A DNA stretch of 64,000 nucleotides from Camelus dromedarius (GCF_036321535.1 NC_087436.1:103418001-103482000), one strand, 5' to 3'; counted from the stretch's first letter, positions 11,076-25,414 are shown. Notes: generated by a model not told the origin, from the sequence alone. Numbers and translations: made by a program.

Positions 11076-12859
11076 ATAGGAGTCTGTCATGTTGATTTCC
11101 TTTTAAGGAATTACCCTTTCTTACTGTGTGCCATTCAGTTAGGACTATGAATTACGGTGTTCTACCTTTTTTATATTTATGATTTGAGCTGTAGACAAAT
11201 ATACTATGTCTAAAACAAAACACAAATAAAAAAGTGAAACCATCAGTTTCTTCTACAGCAAGTGCAGGAAAACTGTAAACTCTTCTTCCAGTGCTAGAAT
11301 TCCTATGAAAGCAGCGATGTTAGAAACAGACTCCTCTACAGTCTCTGGATTCTGCCTTTGCTTTGCAACTTCTGATTCTGACATGAAAAACAGAAATGGA
11401 AAGGAAAACTAACATGACTGACTCTCTTCTCATCTGTGCAACGTGGGAACTTGACCCCCAAATCTCTAAGGCTCCCGGCTCCAACCTTCTGATTCTGTGA
11501 CGGTGTAGAACTAAAATAGACTACGTGTTTCTTTTTAACTAGGCCACCTTATTAAAACTTAGTCCGTTTATTTTCTAGATTACAGCATTCACAATCATGT
11601 CATCTTTAAAAGCATTTGCTAAGACTCAGGAAGAAAGGATGTTGCTGCCAAGTAACTAGACTCACAGGAAGAAATGAGTCAGGCAGTACACAGCAGAAAG
11701 TGAGAATAAAAATTCTAAAAGAAATTCTTTAAAATCACCATCAAGAATATGGTTTATGTGTCCAGGTTTGATTCTCCTTGGTAAAATACGTTTACATATG
11801 AACTTTCAAATCAAATGTTGAGACTTAATCAGAAAGAATGGGAGTGGATGAGTAATAGTATCTTACTTCTATAATCATATATTCCCTGAATATTTCCACA
11901 GCAGGGCACTGAAAAAGCCTGATGCTGACCTTTCATTAGTTCATTTACCAAATACATAAGGATGGAATGAATCACAAGCGGTGCTGTGATGTGCACTGAT
12001 TGAATCAAATTATTTAGAAAGAGAACCGTTGGCTTGCATAGAAATAAACTTTCATAATAAATTTGTATGAGGCAATTCGTTATGAATAGAAAACAGTTGA
12101 AATGTTATCACATTATCCATTGACTCTTGGTAAAGTCACATACAATTCTAGAAATTCCACTTTGCCCTTCACAATCTTTTTCGACGCTCCCTAGGTAATA
12201 CATTTCACTTTTCCTTCTTGTTTTGGAACTCTTGTCTACCTGTCCGTCAAACCTTGATTCCACAGATCATAGCACAAATTTCTTTTCTTTCCTTCTTCTT
12301 TTCCCCTAGACAAAAGAAGGCTGCTCATTTGATCCTTCTTACTGAAATAGAGAAAAGAGGGCTTAATAGCTTTAACAAAATCTTTTATTTTATATGTCAA
12401 AATTATTTTATTCAAACAGCATATTTTACAGTGCTGACAAAATTTCATCCCTTACCCAAAATACTCTATGCCATCCTTGATGGCTTTTGGAATTGTTACT
12501 CTCCATTAATATGGTTAAAGTTTATGCATCTGCACTGAAATGGTCACTCAAAGAAGGGGCAGCTGGAGGCAGGACTCACTGGCATGGAAACGTTTCTTAG
12601 GTACAATAGCATCATTTTTTTTTTCCAATCCAACATCAGATGCCAATTACAAATCCAACGTATAAATACCTAAGATATACTTAGGTATGAGTAATGTACA
12701 TTTTCAATTGATTTTATGTTCTGTGCTACACCTGAAGTTTGCCACTGTACATATTAAAGGAAAAATACATGGAGAGATTCTAACAAGTTTTTCTTCAGCA
12801 TACAAAACCAAGTATAATATGGTCAAATCTGCAGGAGATACTGCTATTTCTTCTCTAAT

Positions 12860-13290
12860 ATATATCCCCTGCCTCTCTTTTCATTGTAATGGAATGTTTA
12901 GCTCAGCATACAGTCCCTTCGATTACAGACTACATTTCCTGGCATTCCTGGTGGCCGGGCGGAGCCACATGCCTGAGTTCCAGACAATGGGGTATAAGGG
13001 AGGTGGCGGGTGAACATCCCAGATTGTGCCTTTACAGACAAAGCGCATGGTCCTGCCCTCACACCTCATTCCTGGCTGCTATGAATAAATGATAGTGAAT
13101 CGTCTTGAGTTATGCAGATAAATGCAACCCCTTAGAAATAGCAGAGCAACAAGACAGAAAGATCCCAGGTCTCTGATGACTCACACAGCTGAGCCGTTAC
13201 ACTAGCTCAGCCTTTATGTGCGCGCAAAATGAACTTCTTCATTCTCGTTCATGGGATTTTTTTGTGGTTCTCAAATAGATGGCAATTCTA
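12860..13290 (+). mobile_element. MaLR solo LTR (MLT1J/K-like)
   Basis: 'gactacatttcctggcattcct...ccacatgcctgagttccagacaatgg...gcagagcaacaagacagaaagatcccaggtctctgatgac'. Confidence 0.7.
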
Positions 13291-13679
13291 TACCCTAAGA
13301 ATACAACGTCTACTTGTTCAGGCAAAGATATACCTGCCCCTAAATTCTGTTTATAAGAGTGCTATCAAAAGGGGTTTATCTTACAAAAGTAATGGGAGTC
13401 TTAACACTTGAATACTCTGAATAAAAGAGACAGGAGAGACAGGAAGCCTATTCTAGGATGTGACATAATGATATTTTTTGTGATGTGAATGTGTATCCTG
13501 GGCCACTCACTGCAAAAAGGAAACATGACAGAAACTAGATAAAATCCACTTTGCTTATTTCTCTGGAAAAGTTTTGATTTAAATTGCTCATAAAAAGGCA
13601 TAGTTTCACACAAAGCGTTTTTATTAATCATCTACTATGTGTCAGTCCTATATTTGTCTATATTTTTGAGGAGGGACAA

Positions 13680-13940
13680 AAGCTTAGTTGAATTAAAGCA
13701 GATTTGAGTTTGAAAATAGCTCTAAACTCTAGTAGCTGTAAGACTCTTGGAAATTTTGTACCCTCTCTAGGTCCCAGTTTCCTCAGAGGTAAAAAAAGGA
13801 CAACATTGGTTCCTAACTCACATACTTATGAGAAGTGAACAAGAAAATGTGTATAGAGCCCTTAGAAAATGCCTGCATAGAGAAATCATTCAACGTGTGT
13901 TTGCTAGTGTAATTGCTGGTATTATTATAACTACTATTAC
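13680..13940 (+). mobile_element. MIR SINE
   Basis: MIR core 'tagctgtaagactcttggaa...ctctctaggtcccagtttcctc' and a tattattat tail. Confidence 0.75.
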
Positions 13941-16900
13941 TGTATCGTATGCAACTGTATACATATAGTATAAAAAATAATGAGACATGTCTTGATATTT
14001 GAGGAACTTGCCATCTGGGAGAGGAGATGAGACATCTTCCTAATTGACTATAATACCAAAAATTTTCATGATAGTTGAAACCAAGTAGTTATTTCTGGCT
14101 AAGCATACTGGAAGCTGTTTTATGAAGGGATAACATTTTCACTGGGTGTTGAATGACCAGAATGTTCTTCACAGGTGCAAATGAGAGCCAGGATAAAAAG
14201 GCGTCCCACCGGGTAGGACAGTGTGAATCAATGCACCGTGGCTGTGAAATGGTACTTGTCTCACAACTGCGAAGAAACACGGAAGCTCTTTTGAAAGCCC
14301 TAGTCTCAAAAGGAAAGGGAGATTTTGAAGGAGGTAACAAGCTGACAAACAGTGGAAATAAATATTTTGTCACTTCCATCAGAACTGGAGCATCAGAAAT
14401 TTACTGGAGGCCCGGCGCTAAATATCCTTTCCTTGGGCCGGAAGGTCAAAAAGCAAACCAGGCATCAGCTACCTGGGACGGGACAGGAAAAGCAGCAGGA
14501 AGAACATCACTGGGATGATGCTGAACTAAACCTTAAGTAGCTTCGCTTCCTACAGCTGCCGTTATAGCTACGTGAAATGTAAAACTCATCCCCTCCCCAT
14601 GAAGTAGACTGTGCCTTGGGTGGTCACTTGAAACCAGATAAAAGCACAAACATTTTGTTAGGCACAACAGATCTCTGCTGGGTGAAAGGATGCCTTTTAC
14701 TCTCCGGCCACAGGTTGATCTCTAACCTTGAGATGAGAAGGTTGGATCTCCTGAAAATACCCCAACCAGATGAAATTCTGAATACAAATAATGTAGGGCA
14801 GGATCATAGGATTTATTTCATTATTCACATTTTGTGCCTTTTAATATACCTTCTAAGAACTTGTGTGGTTAGGAAAATCTTAAAAGAACACTGAAGCAAG
14901 AACACAGAGATTTGGGGCCAATTTTGTCAACATAGAAGATAGGAAAAGTAACCCCAAAATGCTTTCACTTGTACTGTATCCATGCAAATCACCTCCATCC
15001 TGACTGTGCATGATGACTGTTGATATCTAGGTTTTAGCAGCAGAAAAGCTTGGAGAAAAGTTCTAAATAAAATAAGACTCTCAGTTACGATCAGAGTACT
15101 GATAGATTCCTTGTTTTATACTCAATCTGAGGTTCCTGATTTTTACTATAATCCCTCCACACGTTCCAAATGTTGAACAAATACTTAAACAATATTGAGA
15201 GGTGGGGGGCGATTCCAGAATAATACGTAAGATTGAGGAAAACAGATATTTAACTTGTCTCACTCCCAAGACTTACTAAAATGATAATAAACTAATGCAG
15301 TTAATAAAAATATGTATGAATCTAACAAAGCAGAGGGAACCCAAAGTGTAGAAGGATTCATGTCCAAGGGATTTTAAGAAATTAAAATTTATTGAAGACG
15401 GAGAGGGGAGAATACTGAGCACTAGTGCGGCCAGTTAGTAAAAGTGAAAGATCAGAGGCACGCAGTGCAAAGGAAGCTCGTCAGCTCTGTGATACCCTGA
15501 GACTCTGCGGGCCACACTAACTCAGGCCAGTAGAAGTGAAATCAACTGAAAGACAAAAGGTACATTATGACTTCCCCAACCCAATCTTCATATGCAGAGA
15601 AACCCAAGAGCCAGGCACCCAGATAACATACACACACGCACAACAAAAACGACCCTAAGAAAGACAGGCAAAGAAACAAAAGAGAACAGCCCTAGGAGAG
15701 TCAACGGATGCGGGCACAGAAGGGCAAGCCTGATGGCCAGCTCCCAACTATTCCAAAAGCCAACTGACAACTCCTTCCACTCACACACACAGAAAGCTTT
15801 TGCAGCTTTTTTGGTTGTTTGGCTTTTAAGTTTGTTTGGCTGTTTGCTGTTTGGTTTTGTTTTTAACTTCTGCACTGGCCTCTCCATTTTACACGTGGAG
15901 GTATAAAACGTATTCACTAGTTTCAACCAACTGTTAACCATCCAACAAACATAATAAAATATTAGAAAAGCATGTGGGAAAATGTATATAAAAGGCTGAT
16001 TTTCTGAAAACAGTTTAATTTATCCAAGGAAACGAAGATCAGAATTAGCTATAGAAACGTGAAGACTTGTGTTTGCTAGTTAATGACTTCGATGTTCCCT
16101 ATTCCCGCTGAATGTGGGTTACTTCCCAGTGTGATTGACCCTGTAAATGCAGCAATGATTAAGACATGGCCTTGACTTGACGAAGTTTTACCTTCTAAGA
16201 GAGGCACCAGACCCCAACGTGCTGCAGCAGAGGGATTCCATGTGCTACAGAAAATGCAGAGGAGGAAGCGTGAACCTCAGGTGGCCCAGGGGATAGAATG
16301 CTTAGGAGACCAAGCATTCCAGAGTCCCTCCTCCAAGACTAGGATAGAGACTAAAATCTAGAAATAAAACTTAAACCTAAGGAAAACACTTTCAGCCTCT
16401 TGAGGCAGAATGAAAAGATGGTGGAATAAAGCCAGAACTTAGTAACATGAGATAGTGGCTCCAAATTTTAATATTCATGTTGTACCTGAAGCGGACTCTC
16501 AACAAGAGAAAAGAATGTCCGTCCTCCACACGCTTCAGCATGTGCTCCTGCGGTGACACTGCCCCCTTGCACGGGTCCACTGACACCCCGTCACTTTCCT
16601 CATTTGCTCAGATCATAACATCCTCAACAGGGAAGTCACCCAATATGTCTGTTGAATGACTGAATTAGCTAATAAATCAACTAAAATTTTAAAACCTGTG
16701 TATCAATAAATGTTTTAATTTCACTAAGTTCTTTACAAATCAACTATATGACACTAGGCCCCTGGTCATCCCTATTGTCTTGGCTCCTTTGTTATATTAA
16801 CCACCTTGTTTGAAATCTCCCCCTTTGAGTGCTCTAACCCAAATTCCTTAAAGAAAGGTAAGTTTAGGGTACTTACAAGGCCTTCAAAAAATAAAATAAT

Positions 16901-17224
16901 ATTCACATGAAAAGCATAATTCATTATTATTATCATTGTATTTAATAGAAATTCTTTAGACCTGTCCCTAATTCTCAAGATTTCAGTTTTTGTAGGATTT
17001 TTAATGAGAATTTGGAGCCATTGGATTTTTATCTGCAATGCCTACTATAATTATCCTATGGGACTGTGCAAAATCAATTTCAAATATACAAATTCTGACT
17101 TGTCATTTCTTCAAGTGGAAGAAATTTCATTTTATAAAACTTACTATTAGTGCACAGTGTTTACGATTTAGGGAAGAATTTTGCAGTGCTGTATTTTACA
17201 TGTTTCTTTTCCTGAGTTTTATTA

Positions 17225-17450
17225 ATAAGCAACTACCATTTATAGAACACTTCCCATGCCACAGACATAAGCTATGTACCTTTTTAACACTATCTGAATC
17301 ATTTTACAACAACCCTGTAAAGTAAGAATTTTTATTCCCATTTTTCACATAATAAACTGGGTTAAATTATCTAGCCAATGTCATAAGACTGAAAGTAGCA
17401 GACCAATATGTGTGATGAAAGTCTGTCTGATACTTGAAACTTGTTTCTCT
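17225..17450 (-). mobile_element. MIR SINE
   Basis: 'ctaccatttatagaacacttcccatgcc...acaacaaccctgtaaagtaag...ttattcccattttt'. Confidence 0.7.
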
Positions 17451-20029
17451 GAACTCATTTTTGATTTGATGTGTCTTAGACATGTATATAAAATTGTTCC
17501 ATAGTATTAGCAGCATTTAATTATGAATATAATCTTAAAAACAACAAGTTTTGCATTGCACATAGAAAATCTATTTACTCAGCCAAATAGTTCATTAGTG
17601 TCATAGCTGACAGCTCACCTTTCTCCTCACAGCACCAAGATTGTCAATTAGATGGAATGTTCGCATTTACAGCTGCATCCACTATTTGAATAACATCCTT
17701 GTGAGTTCAACTCCTACCATTTCAATTTATAGAAGCTAGTACCATGTCACTGGCTTGTGTAGGTGGTTCAGGCATTTCAAGAGGGAAATATAATTAGGAA
17801 AAGAGAATATATTTTATTTCTAATATATAGAATATTTTTGCTAATATATAGAATATTTTATGTGGGGTGACTATTCAGTGATTGATTTACGAGTAGGTTT
17901 AAAAAGATGAAGAATTTGTTACAACATGAATTTTGATATGCCACAAATATGCTTCCCCCACGCCCTGAAACCTACTGATTTCATGTGAAAAGTTTGGACA
18001 GCAAACTTTGCTTATATGTCAGGCTTGGTACTATTGCTCAGTGACATGGCAATAAAGGCTCTTTGTCTTTTCACTTAGATTAGTAATTTGCTGATAGATG
18101 TATGCTATCACTGACTTTCAATGTGGGACATGCCCATAATCACAATTTTATATTTTAAAAGTAATTAATTCTGTTTTTGAAAATAATGTACTGAATTGTT
18201 ATTTTCTCCATTCTTTCTTCAGCGTGATTCTTGCCAGTTTACAGTGTTTTTACCACCAGCAAACTCCCAGTACATCAGGCACTAAATTTAAACACTTGTG
18301 AGATTGACCTACTTCATACGGCTGCAAGTTCAATGAAGATCACGAATGTTTTCTTTCAACAGTATCTCTAAGAAAACTTTGCCTCTCCTGTTTCTCTGTA
18401 AGAATCTCTGAACCTCATATATGTGGCTACAGGTCTGAGTGAAATCATATTTTTCATTCAGTAGTGGAATTTCCTTCAAAAGGATACTTAAGAGCTTTAT
18501 AACACGTGCTCCCCAGAGAGGTGGTAAAAGTACTTGTATTTACATCTTTGTCCATGATGGTCTAGCAGTTCAGCCTGTTGGACTGAGTACTTACACGTGT
18601 TTTCTCTCTCTCTCTCTACCCCCCGTCTCTTTGTTCTCTCTGTTCTGTCTCTGTCTTTCTCCCCTACTCACACACATACTGGCACACAAACATACTCTGC
18701 CCTTCTCTCTCTCTTTCTGCCCCCTCTATTTTCATTTCTTCTAAATACATTCATTCACCTGCAAGCCAGTCAGATTTAAGCTTAAATTTTCAAACAGCTG
18801 AGGAAAATCAGGTTAATTATGAATATCCCAGATTCAGACTGATTCTCAGAATCCTCTTAGAACATTTGCTTTTGAAAACATATCCATGTGTGAAAAAATT
18901 AGCAATCAGCTGGCTTACCAGTCACATGATTTGAGTCATCCAAGTCCCACAGAATCTCTAATTTAGACTCACTAATTCTTTTACGCACAACAAGGCTTCC
19001 ATTTTACTGATTTTGGCAATGCAGTAAAACTTAATCTCTAACGAAAACTTAGTCTTCCAGACAAAGGAATACAGCTGTCCATGACTGTTTCCACTCAAAG
19101 ACTGAACAGATGACAATCTACACAATATAACTCATGTGGCCCTAAGGAAATTAGCTGCCCCCAAATATTTCTTCCCACTGACCCATGACATTTTTCCCGA
19201 AATTTCTTCTTTTACTCTTTGGGCTAAAGCACTATGCTCTCAAAAGGTCCCTGTTAAAATACAAATGTATCTCATGATTTAAGACATACTGGGAATTTCT
19301 AATGCATTTATTTAATAGCATTAGGAAGACTCACCAGGACCCAAATGACATAAGACACAAATCAGTAATATTTTAATTGGCGAAAGTTTGAAAGTTTCAG
19401 CACTCTATTTAGAGACAGCTTGCCCAATATGCAATATGGAATATGTAATGGGGAACCAGATGTAGCTGGGAGTTCCCTTGAGAAAAGGGACACCAAAATG
19501 ATAAGTTATAATGATGAAATTTATCTCATTCACAGTTTATTGGTCTCCAGGATATTTAAACTCATAATAATGCACTGAATAATACCACATTTGTGTAAGT
19601 TGCCTGGACAGGAGTATTTGCTTTTTTAAGATTCATAAAGGTATCTGATTTCTAATCAAAGCAGTGAAAAAAGCAGCAGAAGCTTACAGAATAATATCGC
19701 AGCTGTCAGCGTGTGAGTCAGAAATTTTCAGTTTTTTCCTCCATTGTGGGCACTGGGGAGAGAAGTTAAATTCACTTTCTCTCAATTCGTCCATCTGTAA
19801 AATTGCTATTCTGATTATTAAATATTTCTAAAGTCTTCCCAGTGTCCCGTGCACTGAATATAACACATAAGACATTGTTTGTGCCCTCTAGGAGCATAAT
19901 GAAGCTTACCACCTACTTCTAGGAGTGTCTTGGGGATTGAAATACCATTTTAAAGTGCCAAGAGCTACTCAGAAGAAATGTGCTGTATAATTACAAATAT
20001 TATTATAGATGAATGGACATGTTCCATTA

Positions 20030-20200
20030 AACACTAGAATTGGTTACCAAGGGAGTTTATGGAGTCTTCTTCCCTGAAGAGCTTAAAAAAAATACACACA
20101 CAGCAGCCAGATATATATCTGCCTAGGACTGTTTAGGTGGTGCTGAGCTTAGCACAAGATCGGGAGACTCACAGAGGGAAAAACCAAATGAACTCTCAAA
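20030..20200 (+). mobile_element. CR1/L3 3' end remnant
   Basis: 'agggagtttatggagtcttcttccctgaagagctt...tctgcctaggactgtttaggtg' resembles the mammalian CR1 3' end. Confidence 0.55.
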
Positions 20201-21179
20201 TGACACCAGCACTAGCGTCATGTAAAGAACAAGGTTGAAAAGAGATGAACTAAATAAACAAACTAAAAACCAGAAAGAGCACAGGCTCCAACTGAGTTTG
20301 GAATTGGGAAGTAAAGAAGCATTCAGCTTAAGTAGACAAGGATCTATTTAACTAATTGCCAGGTATGCGCCATCTTTTTTGTTTCTGAAAATCCTGAATA
20401 TTTTTAAGGGCAAACTTGTCATGTTAAAAAAAAAAAAAGCACAGAACTACATTTTTCATCACTGAGGCCTAATGGATTAGTTACTCAGGAAAAAAGCTAC
20501 GAATAATAATAGTAGCCCGGAATATTCTAAAAATTAGGTATTCTGACTTGATCCTTTTTTATAATGAATTTCTGAAAGCAATTAATTGATTATTTTCTAA
20601 ATGAAAGACATTCTGATGAAAATATTTTCAAAATCTACTGCAGCCTTCCTTGCTTAAGCAAGTCCAATAAGCTTAATTTATCCTATGTTAATAGTAGATC
20701 CTGGGAAAATTGAGATTTAAAAAAAAATGTTTTCAATGATTTAAAGACTTCTAATATTGCATTTTTTACAGATTCAGATACAGATTCACTCAGAAATAGG
20801 ATAGTCTGGAAAGAAACCAGTGCAAATGCTCAACTATATTTAAAAAGTCCTTGATGTGAGCTTATTTGGGCTCATTTGCTTCTTTCTTATAAAATCTTAA
20901 TAGAAGATGAGCAACCGCATGACCTTCAGAGAAGGATAACACAGCTACCTGTTGGCAGAATTAATTATTGACTCAAAGGCTGTGAAACAGCCTTCAACTG
21001 AGTTATTTTCACAATCTCTAGAAACTCTTCTTCTTCCCTGGCATTATCACCATGGCGAATTGACAGGAGTGTTTAAAACATTATCTATTATTTCTGCTTC
21101 ACAAGCCCAGTGGACTAGGTCAATCGCCTTGTCAGTTTCAACTCGCTCCTCTGTCTGACTTGTATGAAGATGCATGCGG

Positions 21180-21348
21180 GGTAGGAAGAGCCCCGGTCTA
21201 GGAAACAGGAGACCTGGATTCTAGAGCTTTGTTCTGTAGACTTGAAAGTAACTTCTTTATTTTTCTCGGACTCAACTTCTTCATGTATAAAATAAAGGGG
21301 TTAAATTCGACGATTACTTGTGTCCCTTCCATTGTAAAGATCTATGAC
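21180..21348 (+). mobile_element. MIR3-like SINE
   Basis: 'caggagacctggattctag...ctcaacttcttcatgtataaaataaagggg...gtcccttccattgtaaagatctatga'. Confidence 0.75.
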
Positions 21349-21509
21349 GCCGTGGTATACTGCATCTCAAGCAATGTTAAAGGAAGCAGAAAGTCCTTCA
21401 CTTTGAGTTCCTTTGTCTATGAGGCTCCCACTGCATGTTGCAGGTACTCCCGTTGAAGCCTTTATCATAATTTAAGATATCAAAATGTACAAGTCAGTGA
21501 TGAACTGTA

Positions 21510-21795
21510 TTGGATCCAGGCCATAGATATTTTTTTGTTTGGCCTGCATATTAAAAAAAATTTAGTTTATGATTTTTAAAAGAGGAAGAATTAACATAAA
21601 ATCCAGATTTGGGCTTCTGTTGAAAGAACTAAGCACACTGAGTCCACAGACCTTATGACATCATTCTATTAGAGCCAGGTAACTCTGGCCATCATTAGTT
21701 GTGACATGTGGTCTATGATTTGCCAACCAGTCCACTGTAGTCATTTTTGTTCTCTGTCTGGCTCTGTGCACATTCCTATGTGTGAATACAGGCTT
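21510..21795. mobile_element. hAT DNA transposon relic (MER102-like)
   Basis: 'cataaaatccagatttgggcttctgttgaaag...cacactgagtccaca' resembles MER102. Confidence 0.55.
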
Positions 21796-21857
21796 ATGTG
21801 TTTGTCTCCTCTCTAAACAATGAGCTGTTCTGGGGAAAATAACTCGTCTTTACCCTC

Positions 21858-22049
21858 TGTGGTAGGCTACCTAACAAATATGCATTCTCTGTGTCTTTAA
21901 AAAGAGAACCCCAATTTTATTCAGGGTACAATCTATCCTGATAAAATACCTCAGTAGGCTACCTTGTATCTTGTGAAGTTTAAGTCAATGAAAAGAAAGA
22001 GAAAGTCAACAACTTGGCTCTTTCAGGAAAGCTATTGCTTTACCTAATC

Positions 22050-22094
<45 letters not shown>

Positions 22095-22385
22095 CCGGAC
22101 AACACACAACCTCTCAACCACCACCACGTTATCCATATATACTTTGTTTCCCTCACCCTCTTACTTGGAACTTTGACGTAAAGTCTGTATAGATCGTAGC
22201 CATCTTGCGTCTCCAAGGACAACAGCCATATGCAAAGATGGTAACAGAAAAGACTGCAACCTTGCACAGTTGATCCAGCCCTTAACTATCATCATGTTGA
22301 TTAGAAAAATAAAATTCTCTCTGGTTGAAACATCAGAAGCAACTTTTCTGTTTATTAATGTCAGTTGCATCCCTAACAACTATAC
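21858..22385 (+). mobile_element. MaLR solo LTR (MLT1J/K-like) containing an (AC)n tract
   Basis: 'tgtggtaggctacc...agaaccccaattttattcagg...tcaggaaagctattgcttt...gcagccatcttg'-like blocks. Confidence 0.6.
22053..22092. repeat. (AC)20 microsatellite
   Basis: Perfect AC dinucleotide run. Confidence 0.97.
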
Positions 22386-22469
22386 CCTCATTGAATCTCA
22401 AGTACCTGGTCCACAGGAGGTAGCTGGTTATTGATGCTTTTATAGCAGAAACAATACCAAGAACAGTAA

Positions 22470-22615
22470 TTTACAATGGACGTATGCATACTATTGCCAG
22501 ATACTGTGCTTAATGTTTTATATCACTTAATTCTCACAACTACCCTGTAAGATAGGTGATCGCTAGTATTCAGATGAAGCATGGAGAAGATAAATATTTT
22601 TCTCCAGGTCAAACC
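22470..22615 (-). mobile_element. MIR SINE
   Basis: 'tgccagatactgtgcttaatg...ttaattctcacaactaccctgtaagatagg'. Confidence 0.7.
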
Positions 22616-23039
22616 ATTTTTTAAAATAAATGATGAACATTTTCTTTAAATTTGACACAAAGCCAAAGTCAGGCATCTGAAACTACAAGCTTCTAGTTCA
22701 ACTTCATGGACCCATGGAAATAAGTTACCACTTAAAATTACACTTAACATATGTTTGTAAGTCCAAGTATCAGCTGGGCCCTCAGAATCCCCTAAGGTTC
22801 TCGTACTGTTCCAGCAAGTTTGCTCTCTCATTCTCAGAAAGGAAAACTTCACATTTTCTACTTTTTTCTCAAACTATCAACACCATCCTCTGTCTCTGAC
22901 TCTCCACTGAGAAAACACAGGGCTGCTTCCATCTGTTCCTACATACTCTGGCTTCTGACTCTTGAATTGATGAATTGTCCCTATTATTATGTAAGGTCAA
23001 ACCCACCAATAGTGCTCTACATTTCTTCCCTGTTTTGCA

Positions 23040-24075
23040 ATATTAAGATTTTTCAAATATAGTCATATACTCTCTTCTCCTACATAATCAATTTCCTCTC
23101 CTCTCATAATTCAGGTTTGCTCCATTTTTTTTGTTATTAAAATGAAATTTCCCTTGATCCCTTCCAACTCAGTTACTGAACCAAAGTTATCAACTACTGT
23201 GTTCTCTACTTCCACCCCTGCATGGTGTCTTCAACCCTCTTTATTTAGACTTTTATCCCCATGAAACCTCTAAAAATGTTCTTGTCAAGATCTAAAGCAA
23301 CTTCTGACTTGACAGATAACAATGGTCAATTATATGGCCTCAAACCTTCTCATCAAAGTTTGATTCAGTTGATTTCTCTTCCTTTTTGAATCACAAAATT
23401 TACTAGACACTGAGGATGGCATGTTTTCCTAGTCTATTTCAGTATAGTTGATAATCTCTACTAGCTTGCCTTTCTTGCCTGGTCTTTAAATATTGGAGTA
23501 TATTTTAATTTTTTTGTTTTTCTCTTCCCTATCTACATCTAAAAGATCTCATCCAGCCCAATGGTATTAAATACGTCTCTATGCTGAAGATTCCCAGTTT
23601 TTATCTCAAGCCCACACGTTTCCCCTGGGACTGATCTATATGTACAGCTTCCTCTCCAACAACTCCATTGGGACTATTGAACTTAACCCATCCTAAACCA
23701 CCCGTGATTCCCTGGCTCTTCCAAAATCCCCCTCATCTCAATACTGTAAATGACATTCATGTAGTTGTTCACAAACCAAGAATTTATAAGGTATCCTTGA
23801 TTCCTTTTTTAATCCCTTTAGCCAGTTCATGAGTTACCAACTACTTCCTACTTCTCTCAAAACCACCTTAACCAAATAAGCATCATCAGTCAGTTGGGTA
23901 TATGTCACAGCTTTCTAACTAGTTCCTCTCCCTTCCAGTCTTTCCCTTTCTCTCTATTCTTAACACTAGTTTTACCATATTTGTGTTCGTAGTCCTCCAA
24001 AGACTTTTTCACATTTAGAAAAATAATGAAGACCCTGATCCTGGCTTATAAGATCCTACTACCTCTGGTTTCTGC
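23040..24075 (+). mobile_element. L2 LINE, RT region (5' part, interrupted by L1)
   Basis: RT catalytic relic ctctatgctgaagattcccag (LYAEDSQ, from YADDSQ) near 23577; 'ttcttgtcaagatc...aatggtcaatt' L2 blocks. Confidence 0.8.
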
Positions 24076-25045
24076 TTACATATTTTTTAAAGACTATTTT
24101 TGGAGCAGTTTTACATGTACAGCAAAATTGAAAGGAAAGTACAGAGACTTCCCATATATGCCCAGCCCTTCCCCCACTATCAACATCCCTCACCACAGTG
24201 GTACATTTGTTACAACTGATGAACCTATACTGACACATCACAATCACTCAAAGTCCATAGTTCATATTAGGGTTCACTCTTGGTGTTGTACATCCCATGG
24301 ATTTTAACAAATCTATAACGCTTTGTATCCATCATTATTGTATCATACAGAATAATTTTTTACCCTAAAAAACCTCTGTGATCGACTTACTCATTTCAGT
24401 CCCCTCCAAACCCCTGGCAACCACTGATCTTTTAACTATCTCCATAGTCTTGCCTTTTCCAGAAGGTCATATACTTGGAATCAGCCTATTCAGATTGGTG
24501 TATTTCAATTAGTAATATGTATTTAAGGTTACTGCATGTCTTTTCACAGTTTGACGGCTCATTTCTTTTTAGTTTCTGAATAATATTCCATTTTCTGGAT
24601 GTACTACCAATTATTTACCTGTTCACCTCTTGATGGGCATCTTGGTTGCTTCCAAGTTTGGGCAATTATAAACAGAGCTGCTATAAACATTTGTATGCAG
24701 ATTTTTGTAAGAACATAACTTTTCAACTCCTTTGGGTAAATACCAGAGTGTGTTTGCTGGATCATATGGCAAGAGAATGTTCAATTTTGTGAGAAACTGC
24801 CAAACTGTCTTCCAAAGTAGTATACCATTTTCATTCCCACCAGGAATGAACAAGAGTGCCCATCACTCCACATCCTACCCAGCATTTGGTACTGTCAGTG
24901 TTGTGAAGTTTGGCCATTCTAACAGGTGTGTAGTGACATCTAGTTGTTGTTTTCATTTGCATTTTCCTAATAGCGTATGATGTGGAGCACCTTTTCATAT
25001 GCTTATTTGCTATCTGTGTGTCTTCGTTTTTTTCTGCAATGGTTC

Positions 25046-25414
25046 TTTATTTTCAATTGAAGTATAGTCAATTTACAACGTTGTATTTCTGGTACACAGC
25101 ATAGTGATTCATTTATACATATATATATATATATTTATATATATATTCCTTTAAATATTCTTTTTCATTATAGGCCATTACAAGGTATTGAGTATTGTTC
25201 CCCATGCAGGGAACAATAGATAAACAAGTAGAAACTTATTTATATCTATTTTATATATAGTAGTTAGTATCTACGAATCCTGAGCTCCCAATTTATCTGT
25301 CCCTCCCTCTTTTCCCCACTGGCAACCGTAAGTTTGTTTTCTATGTCTCTGTTTTGTAAATAAGTTCATTGTGTCCTTTTTTTTTTTTTTAGATTCCACA
25401 TATTAGTGATATCA
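25046..25414 (-). mobile_element. Young cetartiodactyl/camelid L1 3' UTR fragment
   Basis: 'aattgaagtatagtcaatttacaac...agattccacatattagtgatatc'; homologous to 28546-28835 and 43630-43975. Confidence 0.9.

Noticed and set aside
12666..12688. Perfect 9-bp hairpin atacctaag/cttaggtat (a similar one lies near 52622)
   Set aside because: A few stems of this length are expected by chance in 64 kb of AT-rich DNA.
17820..17859. Tandem duplication ctaatatatagaatatttt x2
   Set aside because: Ordinary slippage duplication in AT-rich sequence.
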